NCBI GenBank assembly: GCA_964535515.1
Contig: CAZHTA010000005.1
Coordinates: 13 to 64,012, forward strand
DNA from: an uncultured Gammaproteobacteria bacterium
Lineage (GTDB): Bacteria; Patescibacteriota; Patescibacteriia; Magasanikbacterales; GWA2-37-8
DNA length: 64,000 nt
Reading direction: 5' to 3'
Position numbers and translations under genes: made by a program. This document shows, piece after piece, positions 27,333 to 37,332 of this stretch (the stretch's first letter is position 1; each line of letters starts with the position of its first letter). Below the pieces are notes generated by a model that was not told the DNA's origin, did no database searches, and saw nothing but the letters and a program-made list of their open reading frames with translations.

Positions 27333-27740
27333 ATGCCAACCGGAGGGAAAAATCATTGGCAAAAAATATTTGGATCACGCTGGTTTTTACTGGTACTTTT
27401 AGTGGTCGCAATTTTTGTGGCGGTTGCTTATTGTCGTGCTTATTATCGTGATTATCAAGTGCGGCAAGAGATCGCTCGTTTGCAAGACGAAGTTAAAAAA
27501 TTAGAGTCAAAGAAAATTGAGACGATGGAAATTTTGCAATATGTAAAATCTAGTAGTTTTATTGAAGAAAAAGCGCGAACTGAGCTTAATTTGATTAAAC
27601 CAGGCGAGAAGATGGCGATTGTTGCCTCAGGGACTAAAAGTGAGAGTGGTGAGTTAGGCAAAGCCAAGGATTACAGTTCGGATTTGCCTAATCCGACTAA
27701 GTGGTGGCGTTTCTTTTTTGGGGGCTTGCGCAGTAAGTGA
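27333..27740 (+). CDS. FtsB/DivIC-like septum formation initiator
   Basis: Single N-terminal TM followed by coiled coil (IARLQDEVKKLESKKIETMEIL) and ELNLIKPGE motif typical of FtsB family. Confidence 0.55.
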   Translation: MPTGGKNHWQKIFGSRWFLLVLLVVAIFVAVAYCRAYYRDYQVRQEIARLQDEVKKLESKKIETMEILQYVKSSSFIEEKARTELNLIKPGEKMAIVASGTKSESGELGKAKDYSSDLPNPTKWWRFFFGGLRSK

Positions 27741-27787
27741 TAATTTTGTATAATTTAAAAACTTATTAATTAACTTTCATTTTTCCT

Positions 27788-28810
27788 ATGGAGAATCTAG
27801 TACCTAGCACTGATCAGGAGGTTGGTGTTAAACAAAACAAAGAACAGAAGAACATGAAAATGTTTTTGTACGGTTTGGGTGGTATAGTCCTAGTTGCAAT
27901 ATTGGCAGCAGCGGTGGTTGGGGTATATCGTGCCTATGCTAAAGGAGCAACTGATACTTACACTGTGACTGTTGCAAAGATATTACGTTTGCCAGTAATG
28001 AAGATTAATGGTGAAGTTGTACGCTATGGTGAGTTTGCTGATGATATGAAAGCGATTAAGATTATGCGTGAATACGAAAAGGCAAACAATGGTCAGAATG
28101 CTAATTTAACTGACGAACAGTTAACTGATCAAGTGTTGTGGCGTTTAGCTAATGGTGTCTTGGTTAAGCAAGGAACCTTAGAGTACAATTTAAAGATCGA
28201 AAAAGATGATATTGATCGTTTGAAAACTCAGTTGTTGCAGAATTTCAAAAGTACTGATGAGTTAGACAAAGAATTAATGCAGCGCTATGGTTGGGACTTG
28301 GCTACCTATGAAAAGAAAGTAATGAATACTTTTGTTTTGCAATCTAAGTTATCTGATGCCTTGGCAGCAGATGAAAAGTTAAAGGGTCAGGTTAAAGTTC
28401 AGGCACAGGCGGTATTAGACCAAATTAAAGCTGGAGCAGATTTTGCCGCAATGGCAAAACAGTATGGTCAGGATGGTACGAAAGATAACGGTGGTGATCT
28501 AGGATTTTTTGCCGCCGGAGAAATGGTGCCACAGTTTGAAATAGCAGCCTTTGCTTTAAAGCCAGGTGAGATGACCCAAGAATTAGTGGAAACCGATTAT
28601 GGTTATCATATTATTAAAGTAGTAGAGAAAAAGACTGAAAAAGTAAAAGATGAAGCTGGTAAGATGGTTAACAAGGAACAGGTACGTGCTAGTCATATCC
28701 TTTTCCGTTTTCCAGCAGTTGATACATACTTGGATGGTTTGGCAAGAAAGTCAGCAATTCATTTGTATGTGAGAGTGCACAACCCATTCACTGAGGTGTT
28801 GGGGAAATAA
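27788..28810 (+). CDS. peptidyl-prolyl cis-trans isomerase, parvulin (PpiC/SurA/PrsA-like) with N-terminal TM anchor
   Basis: Rotamase motif GGDLGFFAAGEMVPQFE...DYGYHIIKV; 340 aa. Confidence 0.75.
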   Translation: MENLVPSTDQEVGVKQNKEQKNMKMFLYGLGGIVLVAILAAAVVGVYRAYAKGATDTYTVTVAKILRLPVMKINGEVVRYGEFADDMKAIKIMREYEKANNGQNANLTDEQLTDQVLWRLANGVLVKQGTLEYNLKIEKDDIDRLKTQLLQNFKSTDELDKELMQRYGWDLATYEKKVMNTFVLQSKLSDALAADEKLKGQVKVQAQAVLDQIKAGADFAAMAKQYGQDGTKDNGGDLGFFAAGEMVPQFEIAAFALKPGEMTQELVETDYGYHIIKVVEKKTEKVKDEAGKMVNKEQVRASHILFRFPAVDTYLDGLARKSAIHLYVRVHNPFTEVLGK

Positions 28811-28820
28811 CAAGATTAAA

Positions 28821-28845
28821 AACGGGGGCTAAGCCCTCGTTTTGC
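28821..28845 (+). terminator. Rho-independent terminator after parvulin gene
   Basis: acgggggct-aa-gccctcgt hairpin + TTTT. Confidence 0.65.
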
Positions 28846-28846
28846 T

Positions 28847-28917
28847 GCGGGATTAGTACATTGGTAGTATACGTCCTTCCCAAGGATGAGAGGCCAGTTC
28901 GATTCTGGTATCCCGCT
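28847..28917 (+). tRNA. tRNA-Gly (anticodon CCC)
   Basis: Manual fold: acceptor GCGGGAU/AUCCCGC, anticodon stem CGUCC/GGAUG loop UUCCCAA, T-loop UUCGAUU. Confidence 0.75.
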
Positions 28918-28935
28918 CAATTTAGTAAACAAAAA

Positions 28936-28975
28936 AACTACTCCACTTGGGAATAGTTTTTTATTTTTTTTCGCA
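28936..28975 (+). terminator. terminator hairpin with long T-run after tRNA-Gly
   Basis: aaactactcc-acttg-ggaatagttt (one mismatch) followed by ttttttattttttttc. Confidence 0.55.
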
Positions 28976-29132
28976 AAACCGTCTTCGTCAAAAGACAAAA
29001 ATCTTCTGACGGAGCGGGCGGTCTTGCGACAGCCTCAACTCCGTTGGGGGAGTTGTGACTTTGGAAAGAACAACCGGGTAGGAGGGGGGGGTGGACTGGG
29101 AGGCAACTCTATTTGACCGCTACGGCCTCGAT

Positions 29133-29483
29133 CTAGACGATCAGCGTGGTGCCGACGGAGCGGGGGTCGCGGATTTTCCGCACCCTACCTTCCTTGCTGG
29201 TGGCGACGAAGGTGTACGGGCTGGTCCAGGTCCAGACGACCTGGAAGAGGCTCCCTGTCGGCGCCTGTTGGGCGAAGCACATGATGCCGCTGTCCTTACC
29301 GTCGGTCCTGGGGACCAACAGGTCGCCGTCGCGAACGAGCCGGATGTAGGTCTTGAGCTGCGGTCCCGACTCCGGCGAGCTGGGCTTCCGGCTCGTGCGG
29401 AAGAAGGTCACGTCGGGCGGCAGCTTGAACAGGGCGCCCTTTTGGAACGGGAACGACGAGGTCGGGGTCGGTTGGTCGGACAT
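29133..29483 (-). CDS. hypothetical protein in GC-rich foreign-like cassette 4
   Basis: 116 aa, high GC3, GGAGGA RBS 5 nt upstream of ATG, minus-strand TTGACA-17-TAATAT promoter at about 29548-29576. Confidence 0.5.
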   Translation of the reverse strand: MSDQPTPTSSFPFQKGALFKLPPDVTFFRTSRKPSSPESGPQLKTYIRLVRDGDLLVPRTDGKDSGIMCFAQQAPTGSLFQVVWTWTSPYTFVATSKEGRVRKIRDPRSVGTTLIV

Positions 29484-29524
29484 GGTAATCCTCCAGAGAT
29501 GCTTGCTCTCACACCAACTGCGGT

Positions 29525-29806
29525 ATGAGTGTTGGTGAGGATATTAATGCTTTTTTTACAATTTGTCAATATTTCCCATTGCGGTTAATGTATTTTTTTG
29601 ATAAAATATTAATGCTTATGAAGACAAAAATAAATCAGAAGCAACAAGAAGAACTACAAAAACTAGAGAAGTGGTTTGATTTGGAGTTAATAAAATTAAA
29701 GAAAAAGCGAATCGAGATTTTAAAGCGTTATGATAAAAAAAGGTCATTGTTGTTTCAGAATAAAATATTAAAACATATTAGTGGTATAAAGACAGAAACA
29801 TATTAA
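29525..29806 (+). CDS. small Lys/Glu-rich coiled-coil protein (true start probably internal Met near 29614)
   Basis: ORF track 93 aa; first third overlaps minus-strand promoter of cassette 4, so a downstream start is more plausible. Confidence 0.4.
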   Translation: MSVGEDINAFFTICQYFPLRLMYFFDKILMLMKTKINQKQQEELQKLEKWFDLELIKLKKKRIEILKRYDKKRSLLFQNKILKHISGIKTETY

Positions 29807-29808
29807 AT

Positions 29809-32800
29809 ATGCCAGATGAAGTAGAGGACAACCAAGAGTTGGCGGTTGAACAGGATGGTGCACCTATAGAAATATTTGAGGGTCCATTCACTAATGAGAC
29901 TGAAGTTGATTTTGAAAATTTAAGAGCTGGGGCTGAGGTTGCTGAAGAAACTGCTAGGCAAGCAGAAGATTTTGTTATACAAAATCAAGACAAACCAGAG
30001 TTTGTCGAAGAAGTGCAAGCGATGGTTGAAGTAAAGACTGAGGCCAAAGAAATCAAATCTGGGTTTTTGCGTGGGTTAGATAAGATTTTTGGTGGCGTAA
30101 AGGAGAAGCTTAAGGGAGGTTTAGAAAAATCAGTTAAGGTTGATGATGAAAAAGTTATTGCTAGTTTGCACGCGAAATTAAATAAACTTCAGGTTGCTTT
30201 GCTTACAAAGAAGACTGATTTTTTGAAAAAAGTTGCTAAAAAATTAGGGACGAAATATTATTCAATACCAAAAAAAGAAGAAGAAAAAGCAATGACGGAA
30301 TTTTCTTATGGCAAAGAAAGTGGGGATGAATTTTTGGAATTACTTGATTTACATAAAAAAGCAGAAAAAAGTGACTATAAAAAATGGGAAAAAGCGGAAG
30401 AAGTTCTTTTGAGGGTTGCCAGGGACTTGATTTACAGCGCTTTAAGAAAGGGAAATCTAGAAGCAGCGTTAAGATTGTATGACCGATTGCCTGATTTGTT
30501 GGGTCTTAGTGAGATTTCAGAGAGGATAGTAATGTTTGTAGATGATCAATTCAAAGAAGAATATGATAAAAATGAAGGATATTTTGATTCAGAGAAAGCT
30601 CGTTTTGAGAACAAAAGAAAAGCGCGGATAAATTTCTTTAAAGATAAATTAAAATTTCGTCCAGATTTACGATTTTCAACATTTTTTATTAATGATCCGT
30701 ATTATCGAGGAGGTGGATTGGAATGCGTTGATGATGCTCAGCTGGGTGTTTTTAAAGATATTATTATCAAAGGCAATCGTGATTGTATATTAGCAAAATT
30801 TTCACCAACTGAAAAAATGACCGAAGAGGAGGTTGACAGGTTGTTCGAAGCGTATAGGAGGTTTGATAAAAACAAAATATTAAATAATATTGATCGTTTA
30901 AAAAGCAGAGTTGAAAAGTTGACTGATGCGGAGAGAGATGATGTAATTTTGCCTTTAATCGAAAATGGTGCGTGTTTGAACAATCCGGGTTTTGAACAGT
31001 ATTTACGTTTTTTCCCACTGACTAAAGCACAGACACGAGAGTTTGTTCACAAATTTTGGGATTATTATGAACCGTCAGATAATAAAACTAAAGATGAAGA
31101 CAAAAGAAAATGTATTGAACATTTGTCAATTAATTTTCCACAGATCTTTTTATTTGATTCAAATTTGGAAAAGATGAGTAATGTTTTTGAGTGGCCGTTA
31201 ACGGCAATAGATCAAAAGAAAGTGATTAGATATTGTTCTGGCGGTTTAGATGAAAGAGGAAATCTTAATGGGGATATTGATAATTTAAAGATGGTTATTG
31301 ATCGTAACAAAGAAGACTGTTCAGGATTGGGGGATATAGAAAGAGAAAATGCGTTATTAACTTATGTAAATTTACACCGAAGTTTTGGTTCGATTGATTA
31401 TGAACGTTTGTTTGGCGCTCTAGATAAAGCATCAGATGATGTTAGGGGAAAAATAATTCTAGAACTTAAAACTAAAAGGGCTTTAGAGGTTGTAGTTTTA
31501 GGTTTTGAATTTTTAAAACCCGAAGAACAAAAAAGCTTTTTAAGTTCTGATATGTTGGATGCACGCAAGCTTTTGGGCGTGTTTTATAATGGTGATAGTA
31601 GTGTTGATGGTGTTATGTATATAATTAATGGTTTGCATTTGTCAAATACAGAAAAGAAAAATATATATAGCCATTTGTTTGGTGATCTTACGAGTATTGA
31701 TCAAATAAAGTTGCTTAATACTTTTTATAAATATACAAATTCTAAAAAAGAATTAGAAGATTATTTGTCAGCCAATATTTCTGGGGTGTTAGGAAATTTA
31801 GATTTACTCGGTTATTTATCAAGTATTGGTAATGGGATTTATCCGGATATTGATTCGTTAAGTGCTGAAGATAGAGATTTTTTGACGTTAGCGCAAAATT
31901 TTCGAGCTTCGAAAAATCAACGTGATCTTTGGACGAGAATTGATCATGATGGTATAAACAGAGTTGAATGTAATGAAGGAGAGGTTGTGGCCACAAAAAA
32001 GGCAGATAGATTTGAAAGTAGAGTTTTAGCAAAAATTTTAGATGAAATGGGGTTGTCCACAGTCGAAAGAGATAAGCTTATAAATACGTTGATCTCTAGC
32101 CCTATCAGTGTTAGTGAGAGGTGTTGTGGTAAGCTCTCGGAATATTCGTCGGCTGAATTTTTTGATATCACTTTATTATCACAAGATAAGGGTGGAATTT
32201 TAACAAATGAACAATTTAATAAAATGGTGGATGGATTGTTGGTAAGCAGGCCAGATACTGTTTATGAAATATATATTGAAATTGGTGCTACTGCAGAAGA
32301 GAAAAAGCGATTGGCATTGGCGTTAGTAGAACATAATCCAAAATATTTATTGTCTCTTCATTTAAAAGGCGGAGATGTTTTGGAATTGATTTCTTTTTTA
32401 CCTCATCAAAAACGTTTAGACGCGATTAAAGAAATGGAAGTCGAAGAGCTTGTGAGTATTTTAGGTCAAGGACAGGGAGTAGTTTTTGGCCAGTTTGATC
32501 AAAGCGAGAGAGGCGCGGTTGTAGACAAACTATCGAAAGACAAACCGGAATTTATTTATGTTCTATACGAGAGTGTAGGTGTAATTTCTTCGGAAGAAAA
32601 AAAACAATTAGCGGAATCTTTTTTAAAGGTTAATCCTGTATATTTATTTCAAAAATATGTTGAGGGTAGTGATGGGATGGGTATAATTTATGGTTTGGAA
32701 AATTTGGATGAGATAATAGATAAGGTTGCGGAGTTTGACCCAGCTTTGGTGTTTATACATCGCAAGTTTTTGAATCTTGATGAAAAAAGACGTTTAGAGT

Positions 32801-34938
32801 TAATGAGACAAATGAGTCCTGATAAGCTAGTTTGGGTTTGTGTCGCAGAGGATGGTACAGAAAAAGATCCGCTTGAACAATATGAGCGAGACGAAATATT
32901 GCTTAAGTTATTAGATGGGTACCCAGAATTCGTTTATAATATGTATGTGCAGATTGGTAAAATAACACCAGAGCAGAGTCGGGGGTTAGCTGCTTCATTT
33001 TTATTACACAAACCCGAGTATCTTCTCCGGCTTTTTGTGTCAGGTCAAGATACGCTTGATGTATTTAATAATTCTTTTAATAGGAACGAATTAGTAGATA
33101 AGTTTATTGCGGTTTATCCAAGTTTAGTTTTTGAACATAGGGGTAAATTAAATCTTAGTGCGGAAAAGCGTATTGCGTTAATTGCATATATGCATCCTAG
33201 AGATATTGCCAATGTTATTCTTAATGTTAACGATGAAGGAAATAAATTTGCTAGTTTTGAGCAATATGAAAAAGATGCTATTTTAAGTAGATTTTTTAAT
33301 CAGGCTGCTGGGGAGTTCGTTAATTGTCGTAAAGAGTTTGGTTTGGGTGACTTAGATGGTATTCTTAAGATTAGGGATTTAAATATTTTTGGTGCTTATG
33401 AAGAGAAGATAAGTGCTGAAGTTCGTGAAAACATGGTGATCAGAACACAACAATTGTTATGTGCGGCGACTTTTTCAGATAGTATCGGGGATAAAAACTA
33501 TGAGTATTTTGATCAATTTGAAGTTGATGAAAATGAAAGTAAGAATTCAGTATTTTTTCGTGAATTTGTTGAGAAATATCCAATTGGTAACAAGGGGAAA
33601 ACCATTCTTGTTTTGTGTGCGGCTAAAGCATTTGAGGCTGGCGCTACTGCCGGTGAGGTGGTCGCCAACATTAGGCATGAGGTGGAATCTTATGAAAAGG
33701 TTATTGATAGATATGCGAGCTTAGATATTCCGACTGGTTTGCGTGCGTCTATGGGGACAGAATATGAAATTACGAAACCTAATAGTGAGGGCCACCGAGA
33801 AAGATTTGGAATGGACCTGAAGTCTAATATCATGAGTCTTAGTATGTTAGCGGAGGTGGGTCAGGGTCGTGATGCAGTACATGAAATTGCTACAAAACCG
33901 ACTGACAATCCGGCTTTGCTTTTGGCGGAAATGCATTTATTGCAAGAATTAGGATTTATTGATTTAAACTTTAATGAATATACTAAAGGGAGCCGCGGTT
34001 ATCATTTAACTATTGGTGGCGCACACGGTTTGCGAAACAGCAGGGATACTCGTTTTCTGTTAAATACATTAGTTATGTCTGGTTGGGCAGGTATAAACGC
34101 TGGTAAAGTAATTGGCGCTGTAAGCAGTGGTAGAAACATCCCGATTAGAGACCGTGGTTTTGGTGGAGTTCAAGTATTTAAGGGTGATACGCAATCAACC
34201 GAACTACGTAGTGTGTCTATTGATGCTTGGGAACCGTTTGAAAGAACGATTTTGACTAGTTATTTCTCTAGTATTGCTATTCAGACAATGAATAAATATT
34301 GTCCGGTTGAAGATTTGAAGGACTTTCTTGATGATCCAAGATTGTTGTCTGATTGGAGTGATAATTTTATTAGTAATCGTTCGTTGTCGGGAAGTGATTT
34401 GGAGGAGAGTAGCAAAATAGTAGAGATTGTTGGTGCATGGGTAAAATTGATGAGTGATGCAAAAGCAGCGGTAGATTACCATAATGAAAATTTTCCAACC
34501 GAAGCTTATAATGAAGAAGTTTATCGACAGATGGATGAGGCGACCATGGGAGAGAACTTTGAAAAAAAATTAGATATTGATCCAGCAGAGTTGTTTAGTG
34601 ATTTAACTCCGGAGTTTATTAATCGTTTGACGATGATTACTAATTTGTTTATTAAGCCATCTTTGAAAAGTGGCGGAGACACCGTAAATGCTGCGGCAAT
34701 ATTGTCAACTACTAAGATTGGTAAAAAGAATGGTGAAGAGTACGTGGAAGAAAGCCGGAGAACCCAATATAGTTCAATGTTTGATAGAGGTGAAAGTCGA
34801 CAGGGGTATTATTATGTTCAAAATGGCAGTCAGGAAATGATTATTCATAAAATTCAACAGTTATTGTTAGAGTTTAATCAGCGAATGCAGAAGGTTTTAT
34901 CGCGTTCGAATGCTGCTGTAATAGCGAAGGCGGCTTAA
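29809..34938 (+). CDS. giant protein (1709 aa) with internal ~100-aa repeats; function unknown
   Basis: Long uninterrupted ORF with backbone-like codon usage; three repeats of module ...PEF(V/I)Y..Y..(I/V)G.I..E....LA.SFL...P.YL... Confidence 0.8.
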   Translation: MPDEVEDNQELAVEQDGAPIEIFEGPFTNETEVDFENLRAGAEVAEETARQAEDFVIQNQDKPEFVEEVQAMVEVKTEAKEIKSGFLRGLDKIFGGVKEKLKGGLEKSVKVDDEKVIASLHAKLNKLQVALLTKKTDFLKKVAKKLGTKYYSIPKKEEEKAMTEFSYGKESGDEFLELLDLHKKAEKSDYKKWEKAEEVLLRVARDLIYSALRKGNLEAALRLYDRLPDLLGLSEISERIVMFVDDQFKEEYDKNEGYFDSEKARFENKRKARINFFKDKLKFRPDLRFSTFFINDPYYRGGGLECVDDAQLGVFKDIIIKGNRDCILAKFSPTEKMTEEEVDRLFEAYRRFDKNKILNNIDRLKSRVEKLTDAERDDVILPLIENGACLNNPGFEQYLRFFPLTKAQTREFVHKFWDYYEPSDNKTKDEDKRKCIEHLSINFPQIFLFDSNLEKMSNVFEWPLTAIDQKKVIRYCSGGLDERGNLNGDIDNLKMVIDRNKEDCSGLGDIERENALLTYVNLHRSFGSIDYERLFGALDKASDDVRGKIILELKTKRALEVVVLGFEFLKPEEQKSFLSSDMLDARKLLGVFYNGDSSVDGVMYIINGLHLSNTEKKNIYSHLFGDLTSIDQIKLLNTFYKYTNSKKELEDYLSANISGVLGNLDLLGYLSSIGNGIYPDIDSLSAEDRDFLTLAQNFRASKNQRDLWTRIDHDGINRVECNEGEVVATKKADRFESRVLAKILDEMGLSTVERDKLINTLISSPISVSERCCGKLSEYSSAEFFDITLLSQDKGGILTNEQFNKMVDGLLVSRPDTVYEIYIEIGATAEEKKRLALALVEHNPKYLLSLHLKGGDVLELISFLPHQKRLDAIKEMEVEELVSILGQGQGVVFGQFDQSERGAVVDKLSKDKPEFIYVLYESVGVISSEEKKQLAESFLKVNPVYLFQKYVEGSDGMGIIYGLENLDEIIDKVAEFDPALVFIHRKFLNLDEKRRLELMRQMSPDKLVWVCVAEDGTEKDPLEQYERDEILLKLLDGYPEFVYNMYVQIGKITPEQSRGLAASFLLHKPEYLLRLFVSGQDTLDVFNNSFNRNELVDKFIAVYPSLVFEHRGKLNLSAEKRIALIAYMHPRDIANVILNVNDEGNKFASFEQYEKDAILSRFFNQAAGEFVNCRKEFGLGDLDGILKIRDLNIFGAYEEKISAEVRENMVIRTQQLLCAATFSDSIGDKNYEYFDQFEVDENESKNSVFFREFVEKYPIGNKGKTILVLCAAKAFEAGATAGEVVANIRHEVESYEKVIDRYASLDIPTGLRASMGTEYEITKPNSEGHRERFGMDLKSNIMSLSMLAEVGQGRDAVHEIATKPTDNPALLLAEMHLLQELGFIDLNFNEYTKGSRGYHLTIGGAHGLRNSRDTRFLLNTLVMSGWAGINAGKVIGAVSSGRNIPIRDRGFGGVQVFKGDTQSTELRSVSIDAWEPFERTILTSYFSSIAIQTMNKYCPVEDLKDFLDDPRLLSDWSDNFISNRSLSGSDLEESSKIVEIVGAWVKLMSDAKAAVDYHNENFPTEAYNEEVYRQMDEATMGENFEKKLDIDPAELFSDLTPEFINRLTMITNLFIKPSLKSGGDTVNAAAILSTTKIGKKNGEEYVEESRRTQYSSMFDRGESRQGYYYVQNGSQEMIIHKIQQLLLEFNQRMQKVLSRSNAAVIAKAA

Positions 34939-34948
34939 TTATTATTGT

Positions 34949-35353
34949 ATGAGCAGAAGAGAGTTTCCATCATATTTAAGGTTAGTACAACCAGATGAAG
35001 TACCTAGTACTAATCCTGATAGTTTGCCAGTTTCTAATTTTAGTTCGGTAGATATTTTAAATTTGCCCGATGATACAGTAAATGACATGTATAAAAGATA
35101 TTCTACTTTTCCGGTTGCATTTGATTTTTTAAATCGATTAAGTGATTGGGAATTAAAAAGAGGTTTGTCTAAAACAGATAAGGGGATATTGTTTGTTATG
35201 GCTATGACCGCACAGTCACTTAATAATACGGGTTTATTTAGTGCTTTGAGAGCTTTTATAGTTAAAGGTGAACCGCTTATAGAAAATAATCTAGTTGAAT
35301 TTGGTGGTAAAATTAAGGACTATTTATTAAATTTAAAAATTGAAAAAGAGTAA
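34949..35353 (+). CDS. hypothetical protein
   Basis: 134 aa ORF immediately after giant gene. Confidence 0.45.
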   Translation: MSRREFPSYLRLVQPDEVPSTNPDSLPVSNFSSVDILNLPDDTVNDMYKRYSTFPVAFDFLNRLSDWELKRGLSKTDKGILFVMAMTAQSLNNTGLFSALRAFIVKGEPLIENNLVEFGGKIKDYLLNLKIEKE

Positions 35354-35380
35354 TTATTTTAATATTTTATTATAAACCTT

Positions 35381-37318
35381 ATGGACGAAAATCAAATCCA
35401 ATCAAATACTTTGGTTAGTGAACCGGTTGTGGCAGAAGCTCCTCCCGTAGTTGTGATGCAGGATGTGCCGGTGGTTAAGAAAAAGAATGTTTTAAATTCT
35501 GCTCTTTTTCCGCTTTTAGCGTTTCTTTTGATTGGTTTGGTATATATGGCAGTTTATGCTTTTATAAAGCCCGTAGCTAAAGATATTGTTAACGAGACAA
35601 TCGCTAAAATATTTAAAAATTACGGGATGTATTTTGGTTGGGTTTTTGCTTTGTTGTCTTTGGTGATAATGTATGTTTTGTATTTAATTAAAAAAATAGT
35701 TAGATTAGGTAAATTTCAAATAACTAATCCGATTATTTTAATTGCATCACTTTTGCCTTGGTATTTTTTTGCTAAACAGTTGCTTTTTCATGAAAAACGT
35801 TATACGGATATTGCCCGAGGGATAATCACTTATGTTGGCTTGCCATTACTGTGGGTGGTATATATTGTGGCGGGCATAGCTTTAGTTTGGTTTGTTGTTC
35901 TGGCGATTGTGAAATTACTCAAAAGAAAAGATTTGGCAAATAAAGCGGCTTTAGTGTTGTTTGTTGTTTTTGCCCCGTTTGTTTTAACAGGTTGTGTTGG
36001 TGATCTTCAAGCAATGTTGTGTGATTTTTTACCTGATAGCGATCATTGTTTTCAAGGAGCAGCTGTCCAAGAAGGGGACGCAGATGGTTGTGAAAAAGTT
36101 TCGGGAGAGAAATTTAAGGATGTTGGCTCTAATCCACCACGTGACAAGTGTTATTTGCAGATTGCAGAAAATACCGGTGATTTGGAAGCTTGTAAAAAAA
36201 TTAAAGGTGGGCCAATGTCATATGATAAAGATGAATGTATTTTAAGCACCTCTTTGGCCTATGAAAATCCAGCGGGTTGTAAATTGTTGTCGGGAGCGAA
36301 TAAAACAAAATGTTTATCGGAGTTTGGCATGCGTACTACCTACGACAAAGTTTTGGAGGTAGACGACCAGATTCAAATTTTAAAAGATAGTTTAAAAAAT
36401 GGTTCAGATGCGGAAATGGAAAAGCAGTTAAAAGGTTTGGAAGAAAAACGAACTGACATGCTTGGGGTGATGACAAAAATCAATCGTACGGAATATGAAA
36501 AAATGAGTGATCCAACGAATCGAGAAATTATTGGTGATTTTGCTGTTGGTGATATTGATAGTGCTACTAAAGAAAAACTTTTAGCCTTTAATGCTTCGTT
36601 AAAGAAGCAGGGGCTAGCTTTGACCGCAAGTCAGTATGATTCTTTTAAAGAATACTATAAATTTGTGAATGATCCTGATAATGATATTGAGAAGATGAAT
36701 GATTCGGAGATTGTAAAGAATCGTTGGAATGAAAAAGTTGGTAATGTAGTTGATGCAATGAAATTTTGGAAAACTAATGATACCAAAGCTGAGGAAAGTG
36801 CTGATCAGCAATTACGTTTTTATCAACGCATGTTAGAGCGTCAGGCGGCTATTGCCAAAGGGATGAGTGATTTGCAACAGGATGTCGATAGGAATATGGA
36901 TATGGTAATTGAAGCAGGCAAAGACAAAGCCAAGGATATTTTGAAAGACAAGGTGATTGAGGGTTTGTTTGGCGAAATTACTGGTAAAACTGTTGGTATT
37001 ACTACAGCGGTATTAGGTGAAGCAATAGACACGGTTAAAGCCGAAGCCAAATCAGCTGAGTTTAGAGGCTTGGTAAATGCCTATAACTCTGGCATGTCTG
37101 AAGAAGTGGGTAAATTTGGCGGTGATGTTGAAAAGGCACATGCGGAAGTTATTAAGAAATTGATGGCTGATCCATATACATATGCAAGTGGCAATTCGTT
37201 TGCTAAGTATGGTAACTTAATAGAAAATAAAGATTGCGATGGTACTAATCCGCATTGTTTAAATAAAGAGGTATTTTGGAAGGCGATGAAAAAGTCGTAT
37301 AAATATCAACATCAATAG
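35381..37318 (+). CDS. multi-pass membrane protein with Cys-rich and coiled-coil extracytoplasmic region
   Basis: 645 aa, about 6 N-terminal hydrophobic helices, Cys-rich segment, Lys/Glu-rich C-terminal half. Confidence 0.55.
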   Translation: MDENQIQSNTLVSEPVVAEAPPVVVMQDVPVVKKKNVLNSALFPLLAFLLIGLVYMAVYAFIKPVAKDIVNETIAKIFKNYGMYFGWVFALLSLVIMYVLYLIKKIVRLGKFQITNPIILIASLLPWYFFAKQLLFHEKRYTDIARGIITYVGLPLLWVVYIVAGIALVWFVVLAIVKLLKRKDLANKAALVLFVVFAPFVLTGCVGDLQAMLCDFLPDSDHCFQGAAVQEGDADGCEKVSGEKFKDVGSNPPRDKCYLQIAENTGDLEACKKIKGGPMSYDKDECILSTSLAYENPAGCKLLSGANKTKCLSEFGMRTTYDKVLEVDDQIQILKDSLKNGSDAEMEKQLKGLEEKRTDMLGVMTKINRTEYEKMSDPTNREIIGDFAVGDIDSATKEKLLAFNASLKKQGLALTASQYDSFKEYYKFVNDPDNDIEKMNDSEIVKNRWNEKVGNVVDAMKFWKTNDTKAEESADQQLRFYQRMLERQAAIAKGMSDLQQDVDRNMDMVIEAGKDKAKDILKDKVIEGLFGEITGKTVGITTAVLGEAIDTVKAEAKSAEFRGLVNAYNSGMSEEVGKFGGDVEKAHAEVIKKLMADPYTYASGNSFAKYGNLIENKDCDGTNPHCLNKEVFWKAMKKSYKYQHQ

Positions 37319-37332
37319 AAAATTGAAATATT

